From: the human T2T-CHM13v2.0 reference genome, Homo sapiens
DNA length: 64,000 nt
Assembly (NCBI RefSeq): GCF_009914755.1
Contig: NC_060928.1
Reading direction: 5' to 3' (one strand)
Under the pieces are notes generated by a model. The model was not told the DNA's origin. It saw nothing but the letters and a program-made list of their open reading frames with translations, and did no database searches. Positions 1 through 13,020 of this stretch are shown here, piece by piece. The position numbers and the translations under genes are program-made. Numbering within the stretch: position 1 is the stretch's first letter; the number at the start of each line of letters is the position of its first letter.

Positions 1-107
1 CCACTTTCAGGCCTCCTTAATCAGTGAGGAAATAAGTATGTCTTGTTTTAGTCATAGTTATGTAGACTTCCCTGTCATAGACAGTTAAACATAATTCCTA
101 ACTGATA
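1..107 (+). mobile_element. MLT1-type (MaLR) LTR 3' end fragment
   Basis: Ends ...aaacataattcctaactgata, resembling the MLT1 LTR terminus; truncated by the window edge. Confidence 0.5.
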
Positions 108-1244
108 GCGCATCCAGTGAAAATTAATATTTTGGGTTTTTTTTTTCTGGTAGAGGTGAGGGGAAGTAATAATCATGCCATTTCTTTAAACATAAGGAGA
201 GGGTGACAGAGCTTTACGTTTCAACATTAAGCTGCAAGTTCACATCAAAGGCTCCTTTTAGACTCCCTAAAACAGGACAGTTCCATTTAATTCTAATCTC
301 TTCATGGATTATATATTATTGTGGGGGAAATCTCAGCTGTCATTTAGCTACAGCACAGCATGCTTTCTCATTACCAGCCTGCAGTTATCAGAAGAGCTTC
401 CTCTCGAGGTTGTAATCATTATGAAAATGGCAATGAGGTACTTAGTCAAAAGAGAGTAAAGTGTGCTTCAATTAAAACTTGATAGCAACGTACATCTTTC
501 TTTTCTTTCTTGACTCATAAATAAAAGCTGTCTATACCAACACTTAACTACTCAATTAGGAACCAGCACTAAATAAGGTTTAGCAAGGGCTGTACTGGCA
601 AACACAGCATGAAGTAGCCATTGGAGGAAAGCTCTACTGTCTTATTAGGGAGGAGATGGTCATATATGGGATATAACTTTTCTGTTCATGAGGACATGCC
701 GTCTTACCGAAAGACTTCAGAAAGATGTAACTCTCTCTTTAGGCTACACACAAGACATGTGACTAGCATGATATAATTACTTATAGATTATAAGTGATTG
801 GTTGGTAAAACCACTTGTTGGGAAAGTGAATTTCTGTTCATAGAAGCAACATCTTCTTGTTGTGTCCATATGCAGGTATTTCTGTTATCTAGAGTTACAA
901 GGAACGAACACAAAGAGTAGATCTAAGTGTAGTGACAAGTGAAGAGATGAGTTTTAGCAGGTGGTTACACGAAAGAATAGTGAAGATTATTAGAGGTAAA
1001 CTCATGAGTATTTAAAAGTGACTCAAGGTTTGATTTCATTGGTTCTCACACAGATGAATGACCATTGGCAGCCAAGCTAATAGAAAGCCTTTTTTGGAAA
1101 TCATAACACTTTCAAATTAAATGAAGACAACTGTAGATGTCTTTTTATAAGGATCTTCCTATGAAAAATAATACAAACTTCTTATAAATCACAACAAAAC
1201 AACTATAAAGAAAAATCTCCAAAGCGAATATTCCAGAAACAAGA

Positions 1245-1780
1245 AAGATCTGATGCCCTTTCCCATCTCTCTCATTGTAAAATACTAAATCTTTACTACA
1301 AGATTCAGCGCCCAGCTTCCTCTCTGAATTCATCTCCTATAACCGTTCCCCACATTCCTCTCAGCCACACTGATCTCCAAGCTGTTCTTCAAATTTAGAA
1401 GGCATAATCTTGCTACAGAATCATCTAATTGCTGTTCTCTCTGCTTTACAGCTTTTTGCCAAGAAAATCACTAAGCTTATTTCCCACATTTCCTTCAAGT
1501 CTTTACTTAAAAGTTGCCCTTTCAATGTGGCTTTCCCTAGCCATTCTATCTAAAAATTCATCAGTCTCCCTCTCCCACTCCTTTTCTGTTTGTCTCTTGA
1601 CATACTGTAATTCTTACGTATTTATCTGGTATATTATCCATCTCTCAAGATTATATTTCTGGGAGAACAGTGATTTATGTCCATGTTGTTAAGTAGCATA
1701 TTCCAATACCTACAACAGTACATGGCAATAGTATATGCTAAATTAATATATGTTAAATGAATGAGTGAATAAATGGATAA
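1245..1780 (+). mobile_element. L2 LINE 3' end
   Basis: Degenerate L2 3' motifs (cagccacactg...ttgctgttctctctg...ccttcaagtcttta) ending in a (TGAA)n-like tail aaatgaatgagtgaataaatg. Confidence 0.7.
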
Positions 1781-1991
1781 GTGATAATGAAAACAAAATA
1801 AAACAAAAAAGCATGTTATAAAACTTGCCACTGATATCAATTTGGTACCTATTCTACCAAAACCATTCTAGGGACGTGCAATGTGTATGTGTGGTTTTGT
1901 GTGCATGCACACATATGTGTATATATATTTACAAGCATATATACACACATTTTATTTAATTATATATTTCTCACTGACCTAAATTTATATA

Positions 1992-2323
1992 TAGTAGTCT
2001 GCCCTTATCCTCAGGAAATATGTTTCAAGACCTCCAGTGGATACCTGAAACTGAAGATTGTACTGACCTCTCTATATATACTGTATTTTTTCTATACATT
2101 CATACTGTATAGTATAGATATGCTGGACGAAAGGATAATTCATATCCTGGGTGGGACAAAGCAGGATGGTGCCACATTTCATCATGCTACTCAGAACAAC
2201 ATGCAATTTAAAACTTATAAATTGTTTATTTCTAGAATTTTCTGTTTAATATTTTTGAACTGCAGTTGTCTGTGGATAACTGAAATCATGAAAAGTGAAG
2301 TCATAGCTAAGGGAGGACTGCTG
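1992..2323 (-). mobile_element. MER44-type Tigger (TcMar) non-autonomous DNA transposon
   Basis: Terminal inverted repeats tagtagtctgcccttatcc / gctaagggaggactgctg flanked by TA; internal catttcatcatgctactcagaac typical of MER44. Confidence 0.85.
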
Positions 2324-2604
2324 TATGTAGATTTAATATATTACTTAGGAGAAATAATTTGCTGCAAGTTTCTTTTTTTAACATTATGATTAGTCCACAG
2401 GAAACTTGCTATTTAATACCTATATATTTCTATTATTTGTTATAACAGTTTATGTTTTTCAACCAGGTACGACATCTCCTTTAAGTTAGTTCTAGATTTT
2501 TTGCCGTTCATTTCACATCTGCTTTACAATTATGTTTGTTAGTGTATCTGTAGATAAACTGATAGAAGTAAAATTACCAAGTCAATGGTGTATGCAGTTT
2601 TAAC

Positions 2605-3120
2605 TTATTATCAAAAATTTTAAACATATACTAAAACAGAATAGTACAAAACCCACAAGTAATTAGCATTCTCTTTCAATCATTATCAACAAATGGCAAG
2701 TATTATTTCACCTATATTCCCATCCACTTCTTCCCTTCCCATTTTATTTTGAAGAATATCATTTTTATGATTAGCATTGCTTTTTATAAAGCAAATCATG
2801 CCGTTTCAACTATACGTATTTCAATATACCTCTCTAAGAGATAATGACTTTTAATTTTAACCTAACTGTGATACAACTTGTACATATTAAAAAGTTCTTT
2901 TAAAAAATCCTCAAATATCTAGCTAGTCAGCGTGCATATTTTCGGTTGTCAGTTGTTTTATAGTTTGCTTAAATCAGGAACCAGATATAATGCTTCCTGG
3001 GCATCCTGTTATCCCTTTTTTTCTTACTTTTTTGTTGTTGTTGAAGAAAACATGTTTGCTTTGTGGAGTTTATAACAATCTAGATTTTGCATCTTACCAG
3101 GTTTCACTTGTAGTGATTGT
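2605..3120 (-). mobile_element. Old L1M (L1MC-like) 3' fragment
   Basis: aaaattttaaacatatactaaaacagaatagtac...tattttgaag resembles a reversed L1MC 3' end; heavily diverged. Confidence 0.5.
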
Positions 3121-3417
3121 TTTCTGGTGAGAATGTTTTCCAGGTCATTTAGATGCCCGTTGACTTTATTCTCATACCTCCTAGAGATGTTGTACATTGC
3201 AATAATATTGTTATTGGTGGTTCATTCCATCTGCTTGTATTTTGGAGTCCATGACGATACTTTATTATCCATTTTTGTTGTATTTGCTAGCTGTGAGGTT
3301 TTGTTTTGCTATCCAACTTTCTGTGTCTCTTTTTACGATATGATTTTGGAAACTCCAACTTTATGCCACTACAATAATCTCCTCAGAATTTTCTAGAAGA
3401 GTGGTGTGTGGGTTCTC

Positions 3418-3719
3418 TTTTTTTTTTTTTTTTTTTTTTGAGGTTAGTCTTGCTCTGCCTCTCAGGCTGGAGTGCAGTGGCATGATCTTGGTTCACTGCA
3501 GCATTTGCCTCCCAGGTTCAAGTGATGCTCCTGCCTCAGCCTTCTAAGTAGCTGGGATTACAGCTGCCACCACCTGCTAATGTTTTGTATTTTTAGTAGA
3601 GGCAGAGTTTCACCATGTTGGCCAGGCTGATCTGAAACTCCTGACCTCAAGTGATCCATGCACCTCACCTCCGGCTCCCAAAGTGCTGGGATTACAGGCG
3701 TGAGCCACTGTGCCTGGCC
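3418..3719 (-). mobile_element. Alu (AluS/J), full length
   Basis: PolyT then reversed Alu ending tgcctggcc; degenerate TSD agagtggtgtgtgggttct / agagtggtgtacggattct. Confidence 0.95.
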
Positions 3720-3826
3720 TAGAGTGGTGTACGGATTCTTAATTATCATAGATAGTGACAAGTGTCCTTCAATAAAGACTTGTTCATTGTATTCTCTCAC
3801 ATAGAATTTATAAAAGTTTGTTTCCC

Positions 3827-4314
3827 TGAAACAGGTTCAATTTCTCCATAGACCTTATGTTTACAGATGGTTTTTGTTTTTATTGTTGTTTTTGTTTGCA
3901 TAAACATAGAAATTGACCTTCCTGGTCAATTGAAACTTGCATTTGTCTTATCTGAATTCCCTCCTCAGGAAACCAACCCTCAGGCTTCCCAGATAGTATT
4001 AAGGAACTGAAATGCCTCTTCCTTGTCCCCTAATTCCTGCTTTTCTAACTGATCATCTGCTTCCTGTTGACCAACTCCTCTTCCTTCCCTCCCTAATTCC
4101 CATTTTCCTGCACATAGCTACATTCCTTCCTTACTATATAAACCTTCAATTATAGTCAGAGAACTGGGGAGATGGATTCAAGATTTATATTCCATCTCCT
4201 TAGCTGCAGCATCTGAATAAAGGCTTCTTCCCTTGTAATATTCATTGTCTCAATTATTGGCTGGTCATGCAGTGAGTATTAGAACCCCAACCAAACCCTG
4301 GTGTTTGGGTAACA
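3827..4314 (+). mobile_element. MER39-type ERV1 solo LTR
   Basis: TG...CA termini, TATA box (tatataaa ~4136), AATAAA (~4216), 3' end ccaaaccctggtgtttgggtaaca matches recalled MER39. Confidence 0.8.
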
Positions 4315-4855
4315 TCCGTGCATCATGACTCACATTTGATACTACCATTACTTTTCGTCTTTGGCAATCTAACCAATAAGCAATTATAAGTCAGTGCTTT
4401 ACATGGACTTTCATGAATGCAACTTAAAAGAGAGGTAATCTGTCCTTTTTCCCAGATGTACTAGGCAATCTTGTATGTTTTCCTATGGATTTATGCTTTA
4501 TATTCTTTGAACACATTCCTTACAGGTTAGTGGTCTTGTTTGTATTAATTTATTATTTTAATATACTAACAAGTTTATTTTCGGAATTTTAACATGGTAA
4601 TTTATATGTGTCATTAAGTATTCCATGTCTTTTGTTTTTTTGTAAATATCCTGTTATTTAAACATCCTGTTATCCAAATATCCTTTTTCCCTAAATTATT
4701 TGAAATCCTATATTTACTACTCTTAAATTACCAAACTGTACTTAGATTGACTAATGGACATTCAATATTGAGTCACTGAACTGTGTGCCTATTCTTTTTC
4801 TATAAACATTCATTTAAAATTGTTATGGTTATAATATTTTAATATCTATCAGGAC

Positions 4856-5209
4856 TGATATGGTTTGGCTGTGTCCCCACCCAAATCTCAACTTGAACTG
4901 TATCTCCCAGAATTCCCATGTGTTGTGGGAGGGACCCAGGGGGAGGTAATTGAATCATGGGGACTGGTCTTTCCCATGCTATTCTCATGATAGTGAATAA
5001 GTCTCATGAGATCTGATGGGTTTATCAGAGGTTTCCGCTTTTGCTTCTTCCTCATTTTCTCTTGCCGCCACCATGTAAGAAGTGCCTTTTACCTTCTGCC
5101 ATGATTTTGAGACCTCCCCAGCCATGTGGAACTGTAAGTCCAATTAAAAAACTTTTTCTTCCCAGTCTCGGGTATGTCTTTATCAGCAGCATGAAAACAG
5201 ACTAATACA
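4856..5209 (+). mobile_element. THE1A solo LTR (MaLR)
   Basis: tgatatggtttggctgtgtcccc...actaataca; perfect 5-bp TSD AGGAC at 4851-4855 and 5210-5214. Confidence 0.95.
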
Positions 5210-5284
5210 AGGACTATATCCCTCTCAACAAACTTTCTTAATTTTTTCTTTTTACAAAATGAAATTCAGTTGTAATTTTCAGTT

Positions 5285-5395
5285 TCTAAGGGAGTAAGTG
5301 GCTTGCCTGAGGTCATATAGCTAGTGGGGGTAGAAGCACTATTTGAAATAAAATAGTCCTGGCTCCAAAATCTGTACTCTATTTACATAGTTCTT
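5285..5395 (-). mobile_element. MIR fragment
   Basis: taagtggcttgcctgaggtcatatagctagt MIR core. Confidence 0.6.
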
Positions 5396-5888
5396 ATTTT
5401 TTAAAAATACAATTGTTTTCATAGAACAAGAAAAACAAATCTGTGTTGTGTTCTGTGTGCCAGATTCTGTGCTAACTGCTAAGGCTACAAAGATAAATTA
5501 CTTTGTTTCTAGACTTGAGAGCTTATTGCCTTATATCCTATTGTTATCCTTTTTTATTTCCAATTTCCCTCCAGAAAATCATATATAAATCTTTATAAAA
5601 CCTTTAAACCCATAAAAGTCATTTTTAATATCATAAATACATCAGTTGGGTACGAAGACAGTTTCTAAAATAATTATTGTTTGGATTCATTTTTATGGAG
5701 GAAGAGAAGAATGCTTAAAAAAAAATAAAAGCAAGGCTTAGATTTGAAAAAACAGAGTAAGTACAATCTCTTCTACAAAACAGTTGTATTTGTAGTTTAC
5801 ACATAAAGGTCTTAACATTCCCTAACTCCTCTTTAGAGATTATTTGGTATACTGGAAAACATGGCTCTTGTTTCAAGTCCTTGCTCCT

Positions 5889-6464
5889 TATGTTAGTTAT
5901 TTGTTGCTGCACAACAAACTATCCCTAAACTTAGTGGCTTAAAACAAAAACATGTATTGTCTCATAGTTTGAGAATCTAGGTGAGGCTAGCCTGAGTGTT
6001 CCGTTTCAAGTTGCAATCAAGGTGTGGTTTAGGACTGCAGATGAAGAAAGGTTCAGCTGGAAAAAAAGTCCCCTTCCAAGCCCATTCACATGGTTGTTGG
6101 CAAAATTCAGTTGCTCGTGGTTGTCACACTAAAGACATCAGTTTCTCTGAGAGCCTCAGTTATTTACTGGCTATTGGTCAGAGGTTGCCGTCAATTTCTT
6201 GCCACTTGGGCCACTCTGCAGAGCAACTTACAGCATAACAGCTTGCCTCATCAGAGCAAACAAGCAAAAAGACAAGAGGGAGGTGTGCTAGCATGATGGC
6301 AATCACTAATCTAATCTTGGTAGTACCATCCCATCACCTTTGCTTTACTCAGTTCACTAAAAGTGGGTTACTAGGTTCATCCCAGATGCAAGTGAAGGTA
6401 GTTAGGAAAGGGCATGAATAACATGAGGGAAGAGTCATTACAGGCATCTTAGAAGTCTGCCTAC
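5889..6464 (-). mobile_element. MLT1 (F-like) LTR
   Basis: Starts gttagttatttgttgctgcacaacaaactatccctaaacttagtggcttaaaac, ends agaagtctgcctaca. Confidence 0.8.
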
Positions 6465-6639
6465 AATTTTTCTCTCTGTACTGATTCTGCAACATTGGTT
6501 TATCTATGAAATAAAGGGTAGTCAAAGAAAAGAAACATATTTATCAATTATTATCAATAAAAGTAAATCTAGGTATGCATGGGATGCGTATATCAGTATT
6601 TTCTTTATTTTTACTATTACTGATAGTATTTTTACTATT

Positions 6640-6880
6640 ACTGATAATAACTAACATTTATTAGATACTATATGCCCAATATTAGGATAAATGGCATGCA
6701 AGTTTGATCTCATTTAGTATTCATATAAGATTGTTAGCATAATTCTAAGAGTTAGGTAATACTATTTTCCCTTGTTACATTTGAGGAAGCTGAGGCAAAG
6801 AAAATCTAAGTAATTGTGCCAAATCATACAATTAGCAAAAACTAGTCAGCCTATCTCCAACTCTGTGACTGATAACTCTA
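6640..6880 (-). mobile_element. MIR SINE
   Basis: ataactaacatttatt...tgaggaagctgaggcaaaga...taagtaattgtgccaaatcatac. Confidence 0.7.
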
Positions 6881-7614
6881 CAGCATGAAAAAAAAGGGTA
6901 TATACATACAGGTATACATAAACATATATTTAAAAGACCTTTTCATAAACAGTGTAAAACAGTATACACACACATACACACACAGAGCCTTTGTCTAAAT
7001 ATTGTGAACTGGATACTCTCCAATTCACTTCTAGTAACAGATTTTGAGACCAAAATCATCTTCTAGGTAGACCTTTTGGGTATCTGAAGAAAAAAAAGCC
7101 AACTATGAGTTAACATCCACATAAACATCATGCAGTTAGGCTATGCTGCACATAAATTTTATAAGCCTACAGCAGTTATTACCCTGAACTGTGAAAAAGC
7201 CTGAACAGACACAAACTGTTTGCAGATAATTGTACTGACATTCGTACTTCATTACTTTTAATAGAACTGAATTTGCAGTGTTCATGCCAGGGTACATGAG
7301 CACTACCTTCAGGAGAAAGACATATCATACGTCCTTTTCTCAGTTGAATAGAATGCTTTAGGCAAGAGGTCACTTTGTGGCATGAAGGACATATTTGCTT
7401 AACTAAGAGACCAGCTTTAATTAAAATAAAAGAAGTTTTAAAAGGGTTTTAGATGATTCTGTCCATCTAGCCTAGCTATAGGTAAAAATCATTAGATAAT
7501 AGAAAGTCATCTTATAATGGAGCACTGTGTGCAAATTTGGTATTAATTCCATGTATTATATATCGAACATCTACTAGGTAAGCTATTTTTCCAAATTGAG
7601 GAATAAAATATGGG

Positions 7615-7632
7615 ACACACACACACACACAC

Positions 7633-7685
<53 letters not shown>
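7615..7685. repeat. Compound microsatellite (CA)n(GATA)13
   Basis: Direct reading; GATA run 7634-7685. Confidence 0.98.
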
Positions 7686-7975
7686 TGTTGTCAAGAATTA
7701 CTCTTGCATTCAATGAGTAATGAGATTAAGAAAATGTTAAAACATTTAGTAGGAAACATTTAATTAATAAAACTAAATAGTTAAATATAACACTCAGGCT
7801 CCTGCACCTACTGGTTTCTACAGGCCCTGAAACCAGCCCATTTTCTGTACCATGACTCTGCAGTCAGTCGTTCAAGTCAGTTCATTCAATGCACATCTGT
7901 TGAAAGAAAATAGGTTGTTTTGATGGCTATTTCCTCACTCATTCAACTAGTGATTTCCTATACTCCCCCTTCTTA

Positions 7976-8342
<367 letters not shown>

Positions 8343-8421
8343 GATAAAATATATCACACACTTGCATAAGAATCCCAAAATGTATAGTTTAAGGAATAAT
8401 TGTAAAGCAGTCACACATTTA

Positions 8422-9892
8422 TTTGATTTCATGTATTTATTTTTAAGTTCAGGGGTACATGTGCAGGTTTGTTACTTAGGTAAACTTGTTTCATGGGGGT
8501 TTGTTGTACAGATTATTTCATCACCCAGGTATTAAGTCTAGTATCTATTAGTTATTTTTTTAAAAATCTTCTCCCTCCTCCCACCCTTCACCCTGCTACA
8601 GGCCCTAGTGTGTGTTGTTCTCGTCTATGTATCCATGTGTTCTCATCATTTAGATCTCACTAAATGAGAACATGTGGTATTTGGTTTTCTATTCCTGTGT
8701 TAGTTTGCTAAGGATAAGGCCTCCAGCTCCATCCATGTCCCTGCAAAGACATGATCTTATTCTTTTTTATGGCTGCATAGTATTCCATGGTATATAGGTT
8801 CCACATTTTCTTCATCCTATTATTCCACATTTTCTTTATTCTATTATTGATGGGCATTTAGGTTGATTCCATGTCTTTGCTATTGTGAATAGTGTTGCAG
8901 TGAACATACAAGTGCATGTGTCTTTTTTTTTCCATGAGGCATTTTATTTGTAAATATATGTATTACATCCCTAGAAAAAGAATCCCAGGATTTTCCCTCC
9001 TGTGTGTTTTCGTCTTGCTTCTTCACGGTCTGTGATGCCAGCTGAGGTTGTCAGTATAATGAAACCAAACTGGTAGGATGGAAGCAGATTATTCTGCCAT
9101 TTTTCTAGATCTTTGAGTTGCACATGAAATCTGGGGCTAATCACTCCACACTTGTTTAGCCTGTCTGTGAGGTACACAACCATTTTCCCAGCTCTGTGAT
9201 CATCAGTGATTTCAAATTCGCCAATGTAACCATGCTTCATCACAGTGAGAAACCGGATGATGACTTCGGAGCACGGCCTAAGAAGCACCTGGCGTTTGCT
9301 TCTCTTTTTTGCATTGTTGATCCTTTTGAGAGCATCAGCCAGGACATTCGTGCGCACCATTGCGGCAGTGCAGAAAGATGGCGGAAAGAGCACGAGCATG
9401 TGTCTTTATAGTAGAATGATTTATATTTCTTTGGGTATATGCCCTGTAATGGGATTGCGGGGTCAAATGGTATTTCTGTCTTTAGGTCTTTGGGGAATCA
9501 CTACATTGTCTTCCACGATGGTTGAACTAATTTACACTCCCACAAACAATGTATAAGCATTCCTTTCTCCATAACCTTGCCAGCATCTGTTACTTTTTTG
9601 ACTTTATAATAATTGCCATTCTGACTCGTGTGAGATGGTATCTTATTGTGGTTTTGATTGGCATTTCTCTAATGATCAGTGACGTTCAGCTTTTTTTCAT
9701 ATGATTGTTGGCCACATATATGTTTTATTTTGAAAAGTGTGTGTTCATGTCCTTTGTCCACTTTTTTAATGGTGTTGTTTGTTTGTTTGCTTCTTGTAAA
9801 TTTGTTTAAGTTACTTATAGATGCTGGACATAGATCTTTGCCAGATGCATAGTTTGCAAAAATTTTCTCCCATTCCGTAGGTTGTCTGTATA

Positions 9893-9933
<41 letters not shown>

Positions 9934-10475
9934 GCTGTGCAGAAGCTCTTTAGTTTAATTAGATCCCATTTGTCAATTTTTGCTTTTGTTGCAACTGCTT
10001 TTGGCATCTTTGTCAGCTGCAAACAGGGATATTTTGAGTCCCACTCTTCCTATTTGGATGCCCATTATTTCTTTCTCTTGCCTGATTGCCCCAGCCAGAA
10101 CTTCTAATACTATGTTGAATCAGAGTGGTGAGGGAGGATATTTTTGTCTTGTGCCAGTTTTCAAGGGGGATGCCTCCAGCTTTTGTCCATTCAATATGAT
10201 GTTGGCTGTGGGGTTGTCATACATGGCTCTTATTATTTCGAGGTATGTTTCTTCAATACCTAGTTTATTGAGAGTTTTTAGTTCACAATGGATGTCAAAT
10301 TTTATCAAAAGCCTTTTCTGCATCTATTGAGATCATCAGGTGATTTTTATCTTTAGTTCTGCTTATGTGATGAATCAGATTTATTAATTTGCATATGTTG
10401 TACCAACCTTGCGTCCCAGGGATAAAGCCTACTTGATGGTGGTGGGCAAGCTTTTTGATGTGCTGCTGGATTCGG
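8422..10475 (-). mobile_element. L1PA13-16-like LINE-1, 5'-truncated and internally deleted, interrupted by the RPS15A retrocopy
   Basis: 3'UTR tttaagttcaggggtacatgtgcaggtttgttac; ORF2 remnants ([31 protein letters not shown]); degenerate TSD gcagtcacacattta 8407-8421 / gcaaacacacattta 10476-10490. Confidence 0.92.
8923..9395 (-). pseudogene. RPS15A: Processed retrocopy of 40S ribosomal protein S15a (uS8); parental-ATG frame 9360->8971, 129 aa, no stop or frameshift
   Basis: Translation [12 protein letters not shown]...[11 protein letters not shown]; intronless; 5'TOP CTCTTTCC (9390-9383); AATAAA at 8948-8943; short polyA 8923-8931; TSD GCATGTGTCTTT at 8914-8925 and 9396-9407. Confidence 0.97.
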
Positions 10476-10490
10476 GCAAACACACATTTA

Positions 10491-11410
10491 AACAATACCC
10501 AAGTTAGGAATTAGAAACTCACCAGTTAACTCGTAGACCTATTGTATGTTTCTTCTTGCTTTTACCCTTTCCTTTCAACTCTTATTTTTTTCTTTGCAGC
10601 ATTATTATCTGTTTGCAAATATTTAAAATTATAATATTGTTTTTTCTTTTTTTTGAGTGGCATTACATTGAAATTATGTTGAATCCTTTGTTGACTTTAT
10701 TTTTTGCTAAATTTCATGTTTATGAAAGCCATTTTATTGATGGGACTATCTGTAGCTATTTTTTATTGTTGGAGAGCATTCTAGTTTGTCAACATACTAC
10801 CATTTACTTATTCACTCTACTGTTAATGGATATTTGGATTATTTCAGTTTGGGGCTATAACATCAACGATGCTGTGAACATTATAGTACATTTTTTTATG
10901 TACATTTACAAAAATATCTAGGCTTTATTTATTTTAATTAGATAATGTCAAATTATTTTCAATATTACTGAATAATTTTAAACTATTTTCAAAAGTGAAT
11001 GTACCTGCAGTGTATGAGTTTCTGCTGTCCCATATCCTCACCAACACTAATATTTTCTTATTCTTATTCTTATCAATTTTAGTTAGCTTGGTAACCAAGT
11101 ACTGCTTTCTCATGTTATTTTTAATTTGTATTATTTTATTTGTAATTAAGTTGAGTATATTTACATATGGCTATTGGGTCATTTGGATATTCATTTACAT
11201 CAAATAGTTATTTTAGTCTTGGGACCATTTTATTTGTGTTCACTTTCTTTTTCTAATTTATTTATAGGAATTCTTTATATATTCAGGATCTGAGTTCTTA
11301 AATATATGTGTTGAAAATATCTTGTGTCATTTTTGTAACTGTGTTTTTATTTAGTTTATAGTGACTTGAACAGATCTTCTATATTTTAATAGTCACATCA
11401 CTGTTTTCTT
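10491..11410 (-). mobile_element. Old L1M (L1ME-like) 3' region, continuing from ~8010-8420
   Basis: catactaccatttactattcactctactgttaatggatatttggattatttcagtttggggcta; sequence resumes across the L1PA TSD. Confidence 0.7.
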
Positions 11411-11429
11411 TGCTTATGTATTATACACA

Positions 11430-13020
11430 TATAGCTAAGATGACAATACTCTCCAAACTGATCTAAAGATTCAATTAAATTTCTGTCAAAATCCCAGTGA
11501 TTTGTTTTACAGATTTTAACAAGCTGTTTCTGATATTCACATGGAAATGTTTAGCTTTCCAACCAAAACAAATTTTAAAAAGAACAAAATTGAAGAACTC
11601 AGACTTCCCAATTTTAAAACTTTCTACAAGGATAGTTATCAATATAATGTGATACTACCATAAGGACTGACATATAGATCAGTACACAGAATTGAAATTC
11701 CAGGAATAAATTTTTGCATTTACAATGAATTGGTTTTGACTAGGCTGTCAAGCCAATTTAACGAGGATAGAAGAGTTTCTGTGAATGGTTCTAGTACAAG
11801 TGGATGGGATATCCACATGGAAAAGAAATTTATTTCTCTATCTCGCATCATGTATAAAAACTAACTAAAAAGGGCCCACAGATCTAAACTTAAGAGACAA
11901 ATACATAAAACTCTTAGGAGAAAACACGAGTAAATTTTCATGACTTTGGATTAGTCAACAGTTTCTCAGTTATGATGCCCTAAGTATAAACAACAAAAGA
12001 ACAAAACACATAAAAGTCAACAAAAATAAAAATGTTTGTGATTTAATGCACACAATTAAAGAGGTGAAGGACCACCACAAAATGGAGGAAATACTTGCAA
12101 ATTACAAGGGATTTGTATCTTGAATATATATAAAAAATTCTTACAACTGAGCTAGAAAACATCGAACAACCTGATAGAATAATGGATTAAAAAACTGAAT
12201 AGATATTTCTCCAAATATGGTATACAAGTGGCAAATCAGCTTATGAAAAGATTATTAATCTCACTACCAATTAGGGAAATGCAAATTAAAACCACCGTGT
12301 GATACCACTTCACACTCACTAGAATCACTAAAACAAAAAAGACAGACAATAATAAGTTCTGTCAAGGATGTGGAGAAATTGGAACTATCCAATCTTGCCT
12401 GTGGGATTGTAAAAGGTACAGGCACTAGAGAAGACAGTTTGACAATGACTCAAAAGGTTAAACATAAAGCTAATATATGATGGGAGAATTCTTTTCCTAA
12501 GCATGTCCCAGATGACTGAAAACATATCCACACAAAAACTTGCACCAAAACGTTCACAGATGCCTTATTCATAATAGTCAAAATTAAAAAAAAAAACCCA
12601 AGGGTCTATTAACTGATAAATGGACTAACAAAATGTGGTGTATTCTTTATTCAGCCATGAAAAAGAATGAAGTGATGATACAAGTTACAACATGGATGAA
12701 CCTCAAAGATACTGTGCTATGTGAAGGAAACCAGTCACAAAAGACTGCATATTATATAATCCCATATATATATAAAATGTCCAGAGTACGTAAATCCGTG
12801 GAAAGAGAAACTCAATTAGTGGTTGCCAAAGGCTGGGGAAGGAGTTCAATTGAGAGTAACTGCTAATGTGTATGGAGTTTCTTTGGGGAGTGATAAAAAT
12901 GTTTTTGAAATTAGATAGTGGTTATGTTTGCATAATTCTATGAACATTAAAAACCTCTGGACTGTACATCTTAGACAGGTGAATTTTATTTTATGTGAAT
13001 TGTGTCTCAATAGAGATGTT
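11430..13020 (+). mobile_element. L1MB/MC-like LINE-1 3' part
   Basis: Degraded ORF2 3' end plus 3'UTR (ccagtcacaaaagactgcatattatataatccc...gtgaattgtgtctcaata). Confidence 0.85.

Noticed and set aside
1883-2389. 168-aa ORF, the longest outside the L1PB
   Set aside because: Runs through TA/TG low-complexity sequence and the MER44 element, starts at GTG, and has no protein-like character
6606-6646. 21-bp-period tandem duplication (tatttttactattactgata x2); similar small ones at ~8799-8845 and ~35160-35212
   Set aside because: Ordinary slippage duplications with two copies only; not an array
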